Part shown: positions 39,410-53,410 of the stretch, in pieces
How the letters are laid out: the number at the start of each line of letters is the position of its first letter
Numbering within the stretch: position 1 is the stretch's first letter
Assembly (NCBI GenBank): GCA_964016885.1
Contig: OZ024752.1
Coordinates: 5,022,001-5,086,000, forward strand
Source: Eledone cirrhosa
Taxonomy: Eukaryota
Length of the DNA stretch: 64,000 bases
Direction: 5' to 3'
Notes under the pieces: generated by a model
Database searches by the model: none
Told to the model about the DNA's origin: nothing
Seen by the model: the letters and a program-made list of their open reading frames with translations, nothing else
Position numbers and translations under genes: made by a program

Positions 39410-40265
39410 GTCCCACTTGAGGCAAGGTTGGTCGGGTGACCATGTCTCGCTCATATAGGACTATCTGGCAGGTTTTCTACGGCTGGATGCCCTTCCTAAC
39501 CCCAACCACATTTACAGTGTGGAACTGGGAACTTTTTACCGTGTTACCTACACGGCCACATTACAGCGTGGACTGTGTGTTTTTCTCGTGACAACTACAC
39601 GATCTCGATCTCATTATCTCATTTATTTGGACTGGATGTTGTGGTACCAACTTTATAGAGAGAGGGTGCTGTTGGTGGGAGTGGGAGGGTAGGGGAGTGG
39701 ATTGGGGTGTATATTTGGTTAAGAGGTGCCTACTGACTGTAGGTTTTGCTTTGTACATAGGCAAGGCGGGTCTTCTGTATTACTGTGTAGCGCCAAAGAT
39801 CTCGGTCCAGTGACATTGTCTTAGAGAGGTGCAAGTGTGTAAGGTTGGAATTTATCAGATCGTCCCAGGTTTTTCTGGGTCTGCCTACTCCGTAACTACC
39901 ATCAATTTTGATCGCCCTGCACTTTTTTATACAGCTGTCGTCTTTCATGCGCATCACGTGGCCATACCAACGCAGTCTTCTCTCGAGTAAACAGCATCTG
40001 ATCCCTCTTATTCCTAATTTCTCACTTAGTTCATTTATGCTTTGCCGTTCACGTATATTACTATTACACATCCAACGGAGCATGCATGCTTCGTTCCTTT
40101 CCAGTCTATGCAGGTCCTCTGCACGTAATGCCCATGTCTCACTGCCATGTACCATTGCTGTTCGTATACAAGCATCATACAATCTGCCTTTCATTTTTAG
40201 AGAGAAACCTTTTGTGGCCAACAGCGGTATAAGCTCTCTGAACTTTTTCCATCCCGTTCTGATTG
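39410..40265 (-). mobile_element. RTE-clade LINE 3' fragment
   Basis: ORF 39730-40338: IRTGWKKFRELIPLL...GSETWAL...[12 protein letters not shown]...GRPRKTW, plus 3' UTR. Confidence 0.92.
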
Positions 40266-40714
40266 TATATATAATATATATATACATACATATATATATA
40301 TATACTTTGGGAGGGTCATGTTGCCAATAAAAACACATGCACCGTTTGTTTTCACTTCAATCTATATAATACTAACAGTTTGTGATTGTGTGCTTGTCTG
40401 TAATGTAATACAGCCAAAAGGGGCGCATAATGGGAAATACTTTGAAAGGAAGTTGCCCCTGAAATGGGAATACAAATGGAATAAAACAAGTTTCACGTAA
40501 ATCTGACCACAGGTTCCCGAGGGTTTCTGGGTACTTTCATAAACAGAAAGAGAGAGAGAGAAAGATAGAGAGGAAGAGATAGTGGTTATGAGAGAGTAGA
40601 TTGAAAGAGAGAGAGAGAGAGAGAAGGAGAATGTAAGAGAGCTGGTGGTGTTGTGTATGTATATATCTGAGTGTGTGTGCGTGTCTATGACCAGTGTATA
40701 TAGATCAGACACCC

Positions 40715-40780
<66 letters not shown>

Positions 40781-41549
40781 GTATACACATGGTGTTAGGA
40801 AGGGCATCCAGCTGTAGAAATCAAGCCAGCATCAGTTCCCGTCCCACCCTTGCAAGCAGGGAAAAAGCGGACGTAAAATGAAATGATGATGATGATGATA
40901 ATGATGACACACACACACACTCATTTATATATATACATATACACACGTATTTATATATATACATATACACACGTATTTATATATATACATATACACACTC
41001 ATTTATATATATACATATACACACGTATTTATATATATACATATACACACGTATTTATATATATACATATACACCCTTGCAAGCTGGGAAAAGCAGACGT
41101 AAAATGATGATGAGGATGATGATGATGATGATGACACGTATATATATGGGCCTTCATTTCACATTATATACATGTCTGTGTATATTTTAATTATTTAAAA
41201 ATTATTTTTAAGTGAATATGATTTTTAAAAAATATTTTGAAGGGTGGTCTAGTTTATTATAAATTTCCGGTTCGCTGGCTGGTTGGTTCGATAACTGGAA
41301 GGTTGTTTATATATTGTCAAAGCTCTTTCATCACACATTTTGTGACCTCCTCAGTGACTAGCTTTTTATTTTGTGTCTCCTTTGTTCTGTCGTACATTAT
41401 CTTGTTTTTGTGTGTTGTGTGCTTAGTTTGCGCATGCGTTACATCTAGGTGTGTGTATATATATATCTGAGTGTGTATATGTGTATGTATGTGTGTGTGT
41501 GCATTTATATATAAATATATATATATATAGACACACACACACACAAATG

Positions 41550-41598
<49 letters not shown>

Positions 41599-42137
41599 CA
41601 CCCTTGCAAGCAGGGAAAAGCGGACGTAAAAGGATGATGATGATGATATATATATATATATATACCCCCATGTCCTAACTATTAGGCTATTAATTATACA
41701 TCTTGAAAAAATGACTGCATTATTATCTGAGAGAGAAAGAGGTTAAGTAGAATGAGACATAGAGATGGATAAGATACATAGAGAACTAAAAAGAAAGATA
41801 AAAACAGGTGAAGCTACAAGGATCTTGACGGAGAAATGAGTAGTAGAAAAATCCATAGAGAAAAATAGAACAGGAACAGGGAAAATACAAAGGGAGGTAA
41901 GATGGAAAGAAAGAAAGAAGGAACTGATAGAGAAAAAAATAGAACAGGAACAGGGAAAATACAAAGGGAGGTAAGATGGATAGAAAGAAGAAGGAACTGA
42001 TAGAGAAAAAAAGACTGATTGAAAGATATTAATTGAAGCTGAGAAAAAAAAAGAGGACAAATGCTGTTGGAAAAGTGTCTAAACATTTTGAATGCTGGTC
42101 TTTTATAAGAAAATAAAAAATAAGAGAATTAAAGAGG

Positions 42138-42460
42138 AAGGTGTGTAGATTAGTGGTAAGGTTGTTTCGATCATATTGTTGTGGGTTTGATTCCTGGAGT
42201 GAGTTATGTGTGGTGTTCTTGAGCAAAACACTTCATTTCAAGTTGTTTCCAATATACTCAGCTGAAAAGAAATTAGTACCAGCTTTAACTGGTGGGGTTA
42301 ACCTTGTAATGGACTGGTGTCCTCTCCAGGCAAAAGTCTTGTACTCCCAGTTACTTCTTGCCATGGAAACCGAGATAAGCACCAGTGCTGGTGCCAATTT
42401 AAATTGCACCCAGTATACTCTGTAAAGAACTTGGTGTTAGAAAGGCATCCAACTGTAGAA
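42138..42460 (+). mobile_element. Old diverged CORE-SINE
   Basis: Degenerate tRNA head, GGGTTTGATTCC B box, GTTCTTGAGCAAAACACTT. Confidence 0.65.
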
Positions 42461-42746
42461 GCATAGCAAAAATTAAACCTACAAGCAAGATGTGTTTTTT
42501 TTACCTGTCAGGAAGGGCTGTCTGACTTGAACCATGAAATCTTCTTCAAACCTATGCCGCAATTGAAAGCAGACATAAAATGATTTTGATGATGATGATA
42601 ACGTCTATACATTTGTATAAATACACACACACACATGTATATATATATATATATATATACCTTCTCAGAGTTAAATGCATAACTAGAGAGAATAAGAGAG
42701 AACAGGAAATCAAGAGTAACCTAGCTAGACAGATTATATGTATATA

Positions 42747-42792
<46 letters not shown>

Positions 42793-42819
42793 TTTATATA
42801 TATATATGCATATATATGC

Positions 42820-42888
<69 letters not shown>

Positions 42889-42903
42889 TTTATATATATA
42901 TGC

Positions 42904-42972
<69 letters not shown>

Positions 42973-43163
42973 GATACTTACATACATGCATACATATATA
43001 CATGCATATGTGTGTATACAAAATGTAAAGATGGTGGTGATGATGGGCGAAATAGAAGATGTGTAAGTGAGGAATGTGAGGATGGGGTAGGTAGAAACAA
43101 ACTAGAGAATATATGCTTACTATAAAGAAGGAATACACTCAACTCTAGAATCAATAGATTTAC

Positions 43164-43208
43164 CTTGTTTATCCTTTGATAAAGTGCATCCCCAGTGACT
43201 TCACTGTA
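43164..43208 (-). CDS. Candidate 45-nt symmetric exon: YSEVTGDALYQRINK
   Basis: Minus-strand ACACAG acceptor with a long pyrimidine tract further upstream; AAG|GTAAAT donor; open in phase 0; no homology support. Confidence 0.27.
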
Positions 43209-43379
43209 CTGTGTATATCAATAAGTAGCAACTTAGTTTATCTCAGCAAGGAAAGTCAAGATAATGAAAGCAGAGTGGAAAATCCAAAACAAAACAATAA
43301 AAAAATACAACAAAAGATAGAAAAAAAAGAGAAAGTAACACCATTACTGCCATTGCCAATGCTGTACTACTGTAGCATA

Positions 43380-44495
43380 GCATACCATACAATATCATAC
43401 CATACTATACCATACCACACCATACCATATTACACAATACCATACAATTCCATACCACATTACACGATACTATACCATATCATTCCATACCACACCATAC
43501 CATATCATACCATAATATACCATACCGTATTACACCATACCATATACCATACTATACCATACCATATTACACCATACCATATCATACCACACCATACCAT
43601 ATTACACCATACCATACCACACCATACCATATTACACCATACCATACCACACCATACCATATTACACCATACCATATCATACCATTCCATACCACACCAT
43701 ACCATATCATATTATACCATACTATATCATATCATCCCAAACCGTACCACACCATAACATACTGTTCAACACTATACCATACCATACCTACCACACCATA
43801 CCATACCACACCATATCATACCATACCTACCACACCATACCATACTATATCACACCATACCATACCATACCTACCATACCATACTATATCACACCATACC
43901 ATACCATACCATACCTACCACACCATACCATACTATATCACACCATACCATACTATATCACACCATACCATACCATACCTACCATACCATACTATATCAC
44001 ACCATACCATACCTACCACACCATACCATACTATATCACACCATACCATACTATATCACACCATACCATACCATACCATACTATATCACACCATACCATA
44101 CCTACCATACCATACCATACTATATCACACCATACCATACCATACCTACCACACCATACCATACTATATCACACCATACCATACCATACCTACCACACCA
44201 TACCATACTATATCACACCATACCATACCATACCATACTATATCACACCATACCATACTATATCACACCATATCATACCATACCTACCACACCATACCAT
44301 ACCATACTATATCACACCATACCATACCATACTATATCACACCATACCATACCATACTATATCACACCATATCATACCATACCTACCACACCATACCATA
44401 CTATATCACACCATACCATACCATACCTACCACACCATATCATACCATACTATACCATACCATATCATAACATACCATACTATACACATACCATA
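43380..44495. repeat. (CCATA)n-based pentamer satellite with higher-order variants
   Basis: CCATA/CCACA/CTATA/TCACA units over 1.1 kb. Confidence 0.95.
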
Positions 44496-44543
44496 CCCAC
44501 TTCTATCTGCTACACCATCTCCACTGGTCTCACTCTCTCTCTC

Positions 44544-44577
<34 letters not shown>

Positions 44578-44734
44578 ACCCTCTCTCACCCTCTCTCTCT
44601 CTCACTCTCTCTCACCCTCTCTCTCTCCCTCTCTCACCCTCTCACTCTCTCCACTGGGGTTTTTTTAATGGTCTCCATATAAAAGATATGTTCGCAAATA
44701 GTTTGAATGAGAAGTGGCAGTTGTGAGAAAACAT

Positions 44735-45425
44735 GTGTGTGTGTGTATCATGTGTGTGTGTGTGTGTGTGTGTATCAATGACTATCTATGTGTGTGTATC
44801 ATTGTGTGTAAGTGTGTTTGTGTGTGCAGGTGTGTAGGTGTGTTTGTGTGTTTGTGTGTGTAGGTGTGTTTGTGTGTGTAGGCGTGTTTGTGTGTGTTTG
44901 TGTGTGTAGGTGTGTAGGTGTGTTTGTGTGTGTAGGTGTGTTTGTGTGTTTGTGTGTGTTTGTGTGTGTAGGTGTGTGCAGGTGTATAGGTGTGTTTGTG
45001 TGTGTTTGTGTGTGTAGGCGTGTTTGTGTGTGTAGGTGTGTTTGTGTGTGTAGGTGTGTTTGTGTGTGTAGGTGTGTTTGTGTGTGTAGGTGTGTTTGTG
45101 TGTGTAGGTGTGTTTGTGTGTGTTTGTGTGTGTAGATGTGTTTGTGTGTGTAGGTGTGTTTGTGTGTTTGTGTGTGTTTGTGTGTTTGTGTGTGTAGGTG
45201 TGTGTAGGTGTGTTTGTGTGTGTAGATGTGTTTGTGTGTGTAGGTGTGTTTGTGTGTGTAGATGTGTTTGTGTGTGTAGGTGTGTTTGTGTGTGTTTGTG
45301 TGTGTAGGTGTGTTTGTGTGTTTGTGTGTGTTTGTGTGTGTAGGTGTGTTTGTGTGTGTAGGTGTGTTTGTGTGTGTAGGTGTGTTTGTGTGTGTTTGTG
45401 TGTGTAGGTGTGTTTGTGTGTGTAT
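44735..45425. repeat. GT-rich compound repeat
   Basis: GTAGGTGTGTTTGTGTGT units. Confidence 0.93.
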
Positions 45426-45621
45426 ACATCCAGTGCTGGTCTTATATCATCTGAAAATTGTCTGAGTTATTGGTAAGACATGAAGCCCTAAGTAACAATG
45501 TGTTTATATATCAACTAAATATATATATACAGGATGTCTCCCAAAAATGTATACACACTTTGATTACCTGTAGAGGCAATATTTATTAGAATGCTGTTTG
45601 AAGTGTGTCTACATTTTTTTG

Positions 45622-46148
45622 TCATTCACGCACATTGACATTGCACATCCAACAGAGCATGCTTGCTTCATTTCTCTCCAGCTATTGCAGATCCTCTGTA
45701 GTTGCTGCCCATGCCTCACTACCATGCAGCATCGCACATCTCACACAGTCTTCATATAACTGGCCTTTCGTATGCAGGGAGAAACCCTTCTTTGTCAACA
45801 GAGGAAGCAGCTCCTTAAACTTCTTCCAACCTGTCCTTATTCTAGATACTATGGCCACGGACCCCCCCCCCCCCTCCCATGCTAATCTGATCACCTGGGT
45901 ACCGGAAGCTATCAATCACTTCTATAGAACCCACCTTCATTGGACAAATGTGTCTATCACTGCGATTCTACTGTCAACTTTCCCTGTACATCTACTACAT
46001 ACGTAGTTTTCCCTACCTGTTAGTTTGCCTGCTATCCCACTACATCTCTTGTGTACCCAAGATCTGCATTGCGTACATTTTATAGTATTTATGCCAGTTC
46101 CTTTTCTACATATCGAACATGGCCATTTCCCTGATGGAATCAGAGTTT
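45622..46148 (-). mobile_element. RTE LINE fragment with Cys-rich PHD-like insert
   Basis: SGKWPCSICRKG...IKCTQCRSWVHKRCSG...YVCSRC, then RIRTGWKKFKELLPLL...GSEAWA. Confidence 0.88.
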
Positions 46149-46254
46149 TTATACACACACACACTCACTCAGACATATATGTGTATATATATATATATAT
46201 ACATACACACACACACACACATATATACACACATACACACACACACATATATAT

Positions 46255-46669
46255 GCAACTGCAGAAGATATGCGACGGCTGGAGAGAAATGAAGCAAGTA
46301 TGCTCCGTTGGATGTGCAAGGTCAATGTGCGTGAACGACCAAGCATAGACGTGTTGAGAAAGAAACTGGGTATAAGAGGGATAAGTTGTGGTGTGCAGGA
46401 GAGAAGGCTGAGATGGTATGGACAGGTGATGCACATGGAGGATGACCGAATGGGTGAAGAAATGCCAGGAAGTCCCAGTGGAGGGAAGACGCAGTAGAGG
46501 TAGACCACAAAAAACATGGGCGGAGGTGGTGAGGTCAGACCTCAGATCGCTGAAACTCACCGAGGAGATGACGAAGGACCGTGACAAGTGGAGAGATGCT
46601 GTGCTGAATAGGACCCGTCCAACCCTTGCAAGCAGGAAAAAGTGGACGTAAAATGATGATGATGATGAT
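46255..46669 (+). mobile_element. RTE LINE 3' end whose tail is shared with SINE family 1
   Basis: MRRLERNEASMLRWMC...RRLRWYG...GRPQKTW; ends CCCGTCCAACCCTTGCAAGCAGGAAAAAGTGGACGTAAAATGATGATG. Confidence 0.92.
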
Positions 46670-47159
46670 ATATACTTAGTGAGAGAGACAGGGGATTGTC
46701 ATTGGTATATATTGTTTTCTTGTTGTTGATGTTATTTTACTCATATTTTAAAAACTTAATCCCAGAGGAAACTATGCCACAATAATGGGTTGTGAATATA
46801 GAAGGAATAATTTAATATATCCTTGTTCCTGATATACAAACTCTCTAACTATTCATATTCTATTTAGCGTGAACCACAGGCAAACGGCCTTAAAACATAT
46901 ATCAGGAATATTTTGAAAAAGCAATGATAAATGTGATATTAAAAATTGAAATTATGAACAATTATATTTTTCTGCAATTTGCTGTCTATTAAACTGCAAT
47001 TTGCAGTCCATTTAACTACAGTCTTTCATGCACTCAACTGTTAATGAAAAGAATATTTTCTTCTCACTACAAAAAACAAATCATTTATATAAATTTTCTT
47101 TCTATTTAATTCAAAGAGGATGTTTATATATGTGTGATTCTTGAACTGTATATCTGTGT

Positions 47160-47712
47160 GTGCACAGTCGTTGGCGACTAAACTGGCAACCCCACCAAGG
47201 TTTCTTGGTGAGGAGAGTGACTTTGGACATCCTGCAGGACTAACAACAAAACCTGACAAAGGGCAAAGGAGCTCTTAAGAGTCAATGGCCATCCAAAATC
47301 ACCGGGAGAGATGACCCCTTAGCCTTTGTCAAGGCAGAATTCTAGGAGAAGGAAAACTCTGATATAACACCTGCAACCCTGATGGTATCCAATGATGTTG
47401 ACTTGTTCTTCTTTTTGGTAAATATCATCTTGGTTAAGAGAGTGGGACTGGCTTTGTGCAGTGCCTTTGCTCACTATAAAAGCTTCACGGCACAGGCATT
47501 ACTTTATATCTGGAGATCTCTCTGCACTTGTCGTCACATGGTACCATGGGCCCAGCACTATGTGTCAATATTTGTCACAAGTGTAGTGTTTGTACCAGAG
47601 TTTTCATGTCACAGGCTGGACTAAAATGTCATACTCATTCAGCGCATCGGTAGGAGTTCTCCTACATGGATATAATGTAGTGGCCGTACTCGAAAACGAG
47701 TTGGCAGCCACC
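47160..47712 (+). mobile_element. Probable LINE (RTE-like) 5' UTR-derived sequence
   Basis: GC-richer island between microsatellites containing CTAGGAGAAGGAAAACTCTG, recalled as typical of RTE 5' UTRs; no ORF. Confidence 0.35.
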
Positions 47713-47899
47713 ATGTATGTATATCTGTATGTATGATTGTATGATTGTATGTTTATATGTATGTATACATGTATGTATGTATGAATGTATATAGATGTGT
47801 AATTATGTATGAATGTTTATGTCTGTGTATGTTTGTGTATGTATGTTTTTATGTACATGTTTTTGAAATTAAATTACATTGTCTCTGTGTGCCTTTTGC

Positions 47900-48168
47900 T
47901 GGCTGGTTTTGCCCATAAAATCTGTCCAGCGACTCTTTTCTGAGACATGTGTTGGAGCTCTGATTTCTCAATTCAGAGAAGTAGCAGCTCTACTTAGAGT
48001 GACTCTCTGAACTTTGAGTTACATATTCTATCAATTAACATTACTCGAAAGACCCTTCCGAGGAACCCCATTTCCTCCACTTGTGTTCGCGATCATATTT
48101 TTTCACTCATTACCCAAGATTCATGACCATAGGTAAGGGTTGGAATGGAAACTGAATTGAATAAAACC
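47900..48168 (-). mobile_element. Degenerate RTE LINE fragment
   Basis: Minus strand LFNSVSIPTLTYGHESWVMSEK... Confidence 0.65.
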
Positions 48169-50455
48169 TGCAACCATATTAAATACCTAATAAGCTGATT
48201 CTGTTTTTTCCAACCACAAAATATAAACATGCTCTGTAGTGGAAGTCAGCTGCGCACATGACATCAAAGTGATAAGAAAATATAGAGAGGAAAAAGAGGT
48301 AATTTATGAATCATTGTTGAGGAATCTGCTTTATTATCTGGTTTATTTTTCCTCTCTCTGGAAGAAATCAGCTTGGAGAGGGATGGGCTCTGCTAGGCTT
48401 AAAATGCCCAAGAAACACTGTATGTCAATACAGCGGCCCTATGACTCTATCAGGAGTTACATACCCATTATTATTGAAGAAAAAGGATATCTATCTACCA
48501 ATTCACCTGGATCAAATTAAAGCTCAACTTGAACTCGTAGAGAACAAACAAAGCTCATTAATTCATGTTACAGTTGATTTCAATAACCGAGACAATAAAA
48601 TCTGCAAGACTATCTTAAAATTTAACAGGTGAATGGTTACAGAAATGATAACAAAGAGAACCTTTTCTTTAGAACCATGCCTCTGAGCAGGTGGCTGGTA
48701 AAACTCTAAGACAGCAATCAGGAAGAGACAAAAATGTACATACATATATACACCTACACGCCTGTCCTGAATATATGTTTAGAAATTTAGGACTTTAGAA
48801 TTTGAAAATGACCCTTTTGCACTTTCTTCCTCCCCCATAAAAATAAAAGAAAAAAAAAGATGTTTCCACCATTATTTTCTTTCATTGTAAATTGCATAAT
48901 TTCCGTTATCTTGTATCCTGGTAGTTTGAAGAGCGCAATAAATAGGTTCTCATGAATGAATGCTGAATGCATGGTATATAAGAAAAGGGGGAAGAAAAGC
49001 CAGAAGCCAAGGCATGAGAAGAATAAGTTGAATCTTACAGCTGTCCTTTATTATCTTGAGGATGGAGATGGGGAAAGAGGATGGTGCTGGGGAGGGAATT
49101 CTTTACTTGTCTGTGATCACATGATCTTAGCCTAGCCCTCTTGAGAGGAATTCTTGTTCCATTCTGACTCAAGATTGAAAACCATTTCTATAATCAATAG
49201 ACCAAGAGCTGTTCATCTAATTTTGTCAGTGTATACATACTTACGTACTTACATACATATACACACAAACACACACACACACACCCGTGTGTGTGTATAT
49301 ATAATTATATATATATATATAAGTGGACGTTAAATGATGATGATTATATATATGTGTGTATATATATATATGTACACATGCATATACATATATATAATTA
49401 ATACACACACACATATATATATATATAAAACCGTGTGTGTTGACTATAGCAAAGCTGTTGACATGGGCTCTTTTTTTTTACCTTAGCCACAGCTCTATGT
49501 TTCTACAATCACTTCTACTGCAGATTGCATCCATTGAGCTGTTATTGCTACCACCACTATCACCACCACCACTGCCACCACCATTACCACTAGCACCATC
49601 ACCACCACCACCACCACCATCACCACCAGCACCATCACCACTACCACGGCCATTACCAACATCACCATCACTGCCATCACCACCCCCATTACCACCCCCC
49701 CCACCACCATTACCATTACCATTACCAGCATCTACCACCACCACCACCTTTACCACCAGCACCATCACCACTACTACTACCAGTGCTACTATGTCTGCTG
49801 CCATCTTAAGAGCTGTTAAGCTGTCAATGAAATAAGTAGTAGATTTTCAGTTATATTGTTTGACCAATTATTGACAGATCTATTGTAATACTCCATCTTA
49901 ATACATTCTCCACTGCTGTGCTATTTTTTTGTTCTTTTTTCTTTATTACTCTTTGTGTGTGTGTGTGTGTGAGAGAGAGAGTGCCTGTGTTTGAGTGTGT
50001 ATGTGTGAGTTTGTATGAGTTTGTATGAGTGTGTGTGTCTGTGTGAGTGTGCTTGTGATTGTGTATGTGTGTGTATATGTTTGATATGGAGCAAAGTGAT
50101 TGATGAAAATAGTGAAGGAGTGAGAGAAAGAGAGAGAAACTAAAAGACATTTTGTAAAGAAAATGGAGAGTGAGAGGGGGCAATGATGAAGAAAGAGAGG
50201 AGGAGAAAGAAAGTGAAAATGTGAGAGCAGAATGAATATAAGAAAGAAATGGGGAGTTAAGGAAGTGTGAGAGGGGGGGGGGGGTGAGAAAGGGGCAAAG
50301 AGTGAGAGAAGGGACGAATAGAGAGAGAGAAGAGTGAGAGAGAGAGAGAGGGGGAGATGAGAGAAACCTACATTTAACTGAAACCATAAATGCATGATAC
50401 TATGATACTGGACATTGAATGGTCTTACCTGTAACTGAAATAAAACCATTGTCAG

Positions 50456-50812
50456 TGGTCAGTTGTAGCTACATACATACACACATTTATTGGTCAGTTG
50501 TAGCTACATACATACACACATTTATTGGTCAGTTATAGCTACATACATACACACATTTGTTGGTCAGTTATAGCTACATACATACACACATTTGTTGGTC
50601 AGTTATAGCTACATACATACACACATTTGTTGGTCAGTTATAGCTACATACATACACACATTTGTTGGTCAGTTATAGCTACATACATACACACATTTGT
50701 TGGTCAGTTATAGCTACATACATACACACATTTATTGGTCAGTTATAGCTACATACATACACACATTTGTTGGTCAGTTATAGCTACATACATACACACA
50801 TTTGTTGGTCAG
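50456..50812. repeat. 35-bp minisatellite, ~10 copies
   Basis: TGGTCAGTT(A/G)TAGCTACATACATACACACATTT(A/G)T; period 35 (50526 to 50561). Confidence 0.95.
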
Positions 50813-50900
50813 TGGTCAATTATAACTACACACATACACACTGTCTCTCACACTGTCTGACATTTATTTGTCATTGGTCAATTATAACTACACACAAATA

Positions 50901-50970
<70 letters not shown>

Positions 50971-51785
50971 CACATTCATTGTTCAATAAGTAACCATAGC
51001 TACCCACTTTCACATACACACACACAACCATACAACACCAGAGGTCAATAACTAACTATGATGATGATGAATCCTCTGTTGACTTGGACAATGTGCATTC
51101 ATTTGTTCAATCAACTGGACTATTTACTTGCTAACTTAATGTGAAAGTGGCTGAGTATTCCATAGATACAAGTGTCCTTAATATAATTCTCAGATTTAAT
51201 CATCATGGCATAATTTGTGTTACTTGGCAGGTCCTTTCAATTACAGATACAGATTGGCTTTCACAATTTCATTCCCAAAATTTGGATTGAGCTCAAGCTA
51301 GTGTCAAAATTCGTGTCCATGATATCACACAGTGGTATCTTTTAACAAATGTCTTTTACTGGGAGCAGTAAAATAATGTTTGCTTCCCTGGGCATGGGTA
51401 CATTATAGCTCCAACATCTGGCAACTGACTTGATAACCCCCCCCCCCCCCCCTAAAAAAAAATGATTAACCATCTTGCCAACAACAACCCTGAGCACCTT
51501 TTTGAATGTGAAGTGGTTTTCAATAAAAAATAGAATTTTTACACAAAATAGCAAAACTACTTCAGTTATACATTTGCATACATTGAAATCACGAGATCAA
51601 AATTTTGGTTCTCTCTGTGTGTGAGATTGTGTACACATGTGTATGTGTGTTTGTACATATACATATTATGTATATATACTGTATCCTGTGCATTATAAGA
51701 GTATTGGTAGAGCTTAGGAAGGGCGTCTAGTTGAAAAACATTCCAATTAATGCTGGCATGGAAATTGATGTAAAAACAATGATTA

Positions 51786-52471
51786 TCTGTATATATAAAG
51801 ATGAAGTTTTCTGTATGTGTGTGTTGGACAATTTTTAATGAGGGCTCATATATTCTAAACCATTCATGCGATTTCTTTGAAATTTTTTACAGAGCTTCTC
51901 CTTGCACAAAACCTATACATGATCTACAAAGGCTTTCAAAAATCGATATTGGGGCCTTTGGAGACATTAAAAAAAGTTTTGGTTATTTGTGTGAATTTTC
52001 GTGATTAAGTAAGACAAGAGTTATCTTTCATAATTCGGCTCATTCAGATTTTAATTTACTCTTTGTACTTGAAGCAAAAGGTACGCTTCCTTGAGACTAA
52101 CAATATCATTTTGTATATTTCACAACCAGCAATTTCTAACAGATTACTAAGTTAAGTTATAGATTTGACATTGTATAATTTATCGTTTCAAGCTTGATGT
52201 TCATACATTAAGTGATGTCATAACTTTCACAATATTATGCTTTGTACATAATAGTGTCTATTATTCACTTCACTTCTCTATTTCATGATGCGCTTTTACT
52301 GTTGTCAAAAAAGTCACCGAGCTCACATATTAATTATTTCGCTGGAATAGTGCCTAAGGTTTTCATGTTTACATAAAGTACGTTTTTCTTCTATGTATTC
52401 AAATTTACTTTGTTTAGTTTAATGAGCTACATCGAAAGCTACTTGAACCGTCCAAAGGACGGGTAGTTTAG

Positions 52472-52475
<4 letters not shown>
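51786..52475 (+). mobile_element. Non-autonomous Helitron-like element
   Basis: 5' A|TCTGTATATATAAAG; 3' GC hairpin CCGTCC-AAA-GGACGG ~10 nt before CTAA|T (CTRR consensus). Confidence 0.7.
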
Positions 52476-52518
<43 letters not shown>

Positions 52519-52629
52519 ATGTATATATATTATGTGTGTGTGTGTATGTATATATATTATGTGTATGTATGTATGTATATATATTATATATATATATGTA
52601 TGTCTGTATGTGTGTGTGTAAATTGAATT

Positions 52630-52855
52630 TGATAAATTTGATAGGTCTCAGCCAGTATTGGGCCAGGCCATGTCTAACTTAATAGCATCACCTGGCAAAG
52701 TCTTTCCAATCAGGATTTAAACACCATGGTCCACTCAAGTAGAGAGTTATTGTTTAATGAGACATATCCGGGTGTAGGAGGTTTATGCGGAATTTCTTGA
52801 AGGAATTTGTCCAAAGAGTTCTTGAACTTTATGGGGTCTGTTTCCATTAACAAAT
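52630..52855 (-). mobile_element. CR1/Jockey-group LINE 3' end
   Basis: Minus strand DPIKFKNSLDKFLQEIPHKPPTPGYVSLNNNSL; the same 3' UTR recurs on + at 31273-31335. Confidence 0.65.
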
Positions 52856-52910
52856 AGTTTTATCACTCTACATGGCTGAATACGATAAATGTAATCTGAG
52901 TTTTTCAAAT

Positions 52911-53253
52911 CATCATCATCATCATCATTTCATTTTACGTCCGCTTTTTCCTGCCTTGCAAGGGTGGGACGGGAACTGATGCTGGCTTGATTTCTACAGC
53001 TGGATGCCCTTCCTAACGCCAACCTCATTTACAGTGAGTGCTGGGTGTTTTTTTGCCGTGGCACCTCCACGACCACTTTGCAGTGGAATGATAGGGACCC
53101 CAGTCCCTATCATCTCATTTCTACAGCTGAGTAAACTGGAGCAATGTGAAATAAAGTGTCTTGCTCAAGGAAACAACACATCACCCGGTCTGAGAATTGA
53201 ACTCACAACCTTTCGATTGCAAGGCCAATGCTCTAACCACTAAGCCATGTACC
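52911..53253 (-). mobile_element. CORE-SINE family 1 inserted into the hammerhead-bearing repeat
   Basis: TCAAAT duplicated at both ends; the flanks join to match the uninterrupted 36368-36560 copy. Confidence 0.92.
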
Positions 53254-53359
53254 TCAAATATTAATAATAATATTCTACTCATTTGCAATTATGCAAACAG
53301 CCTCTTTAAACCATGTCAGTAGAATGAGCCCCATCATTCTTGCTCTTGGCATATAAACA

Positions 53360-53410
53360 GAACTGCAGATACTAATGTTTCTGGGTGCTTACCCTTCATC
53401 AGTACTGTAT
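53360..53410 (-). ncRNA. Type I hammerhead motif, same family as 36741
   Basis: Minus strand: GTA-CTGATGA-A GGGT AAGC ACCC A-GAAA-CATTAGTA-TC-TGC; stem I short in this copy. Confidence 0.6.

Noticed and set aside
47160-47712. HDV-like ribozyme in the putative RTE 5' UTR
   Set aside because: Only simple hairpins are visible (e.g. ACTCG-AAAA-CGAGT); I could not assemble the nested double pseudoknot by eye.
49437-49835. Proline-rich ORF as the Robo CC2/CC3 exon
   Set aside because: There is a phase-0 CTGCAG acceptor, but the sequence is a degenerate (ACC)n microsatellite like others in the window and lacks the conserved context of CC2.
53004-53243. Recurrent MPFLTPT...QGQCSNH ORFs as a small-protein family
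   Set aside because: These are the antisense frame of SINE family 1 copies; the similarity is DNA-level repeat identity.
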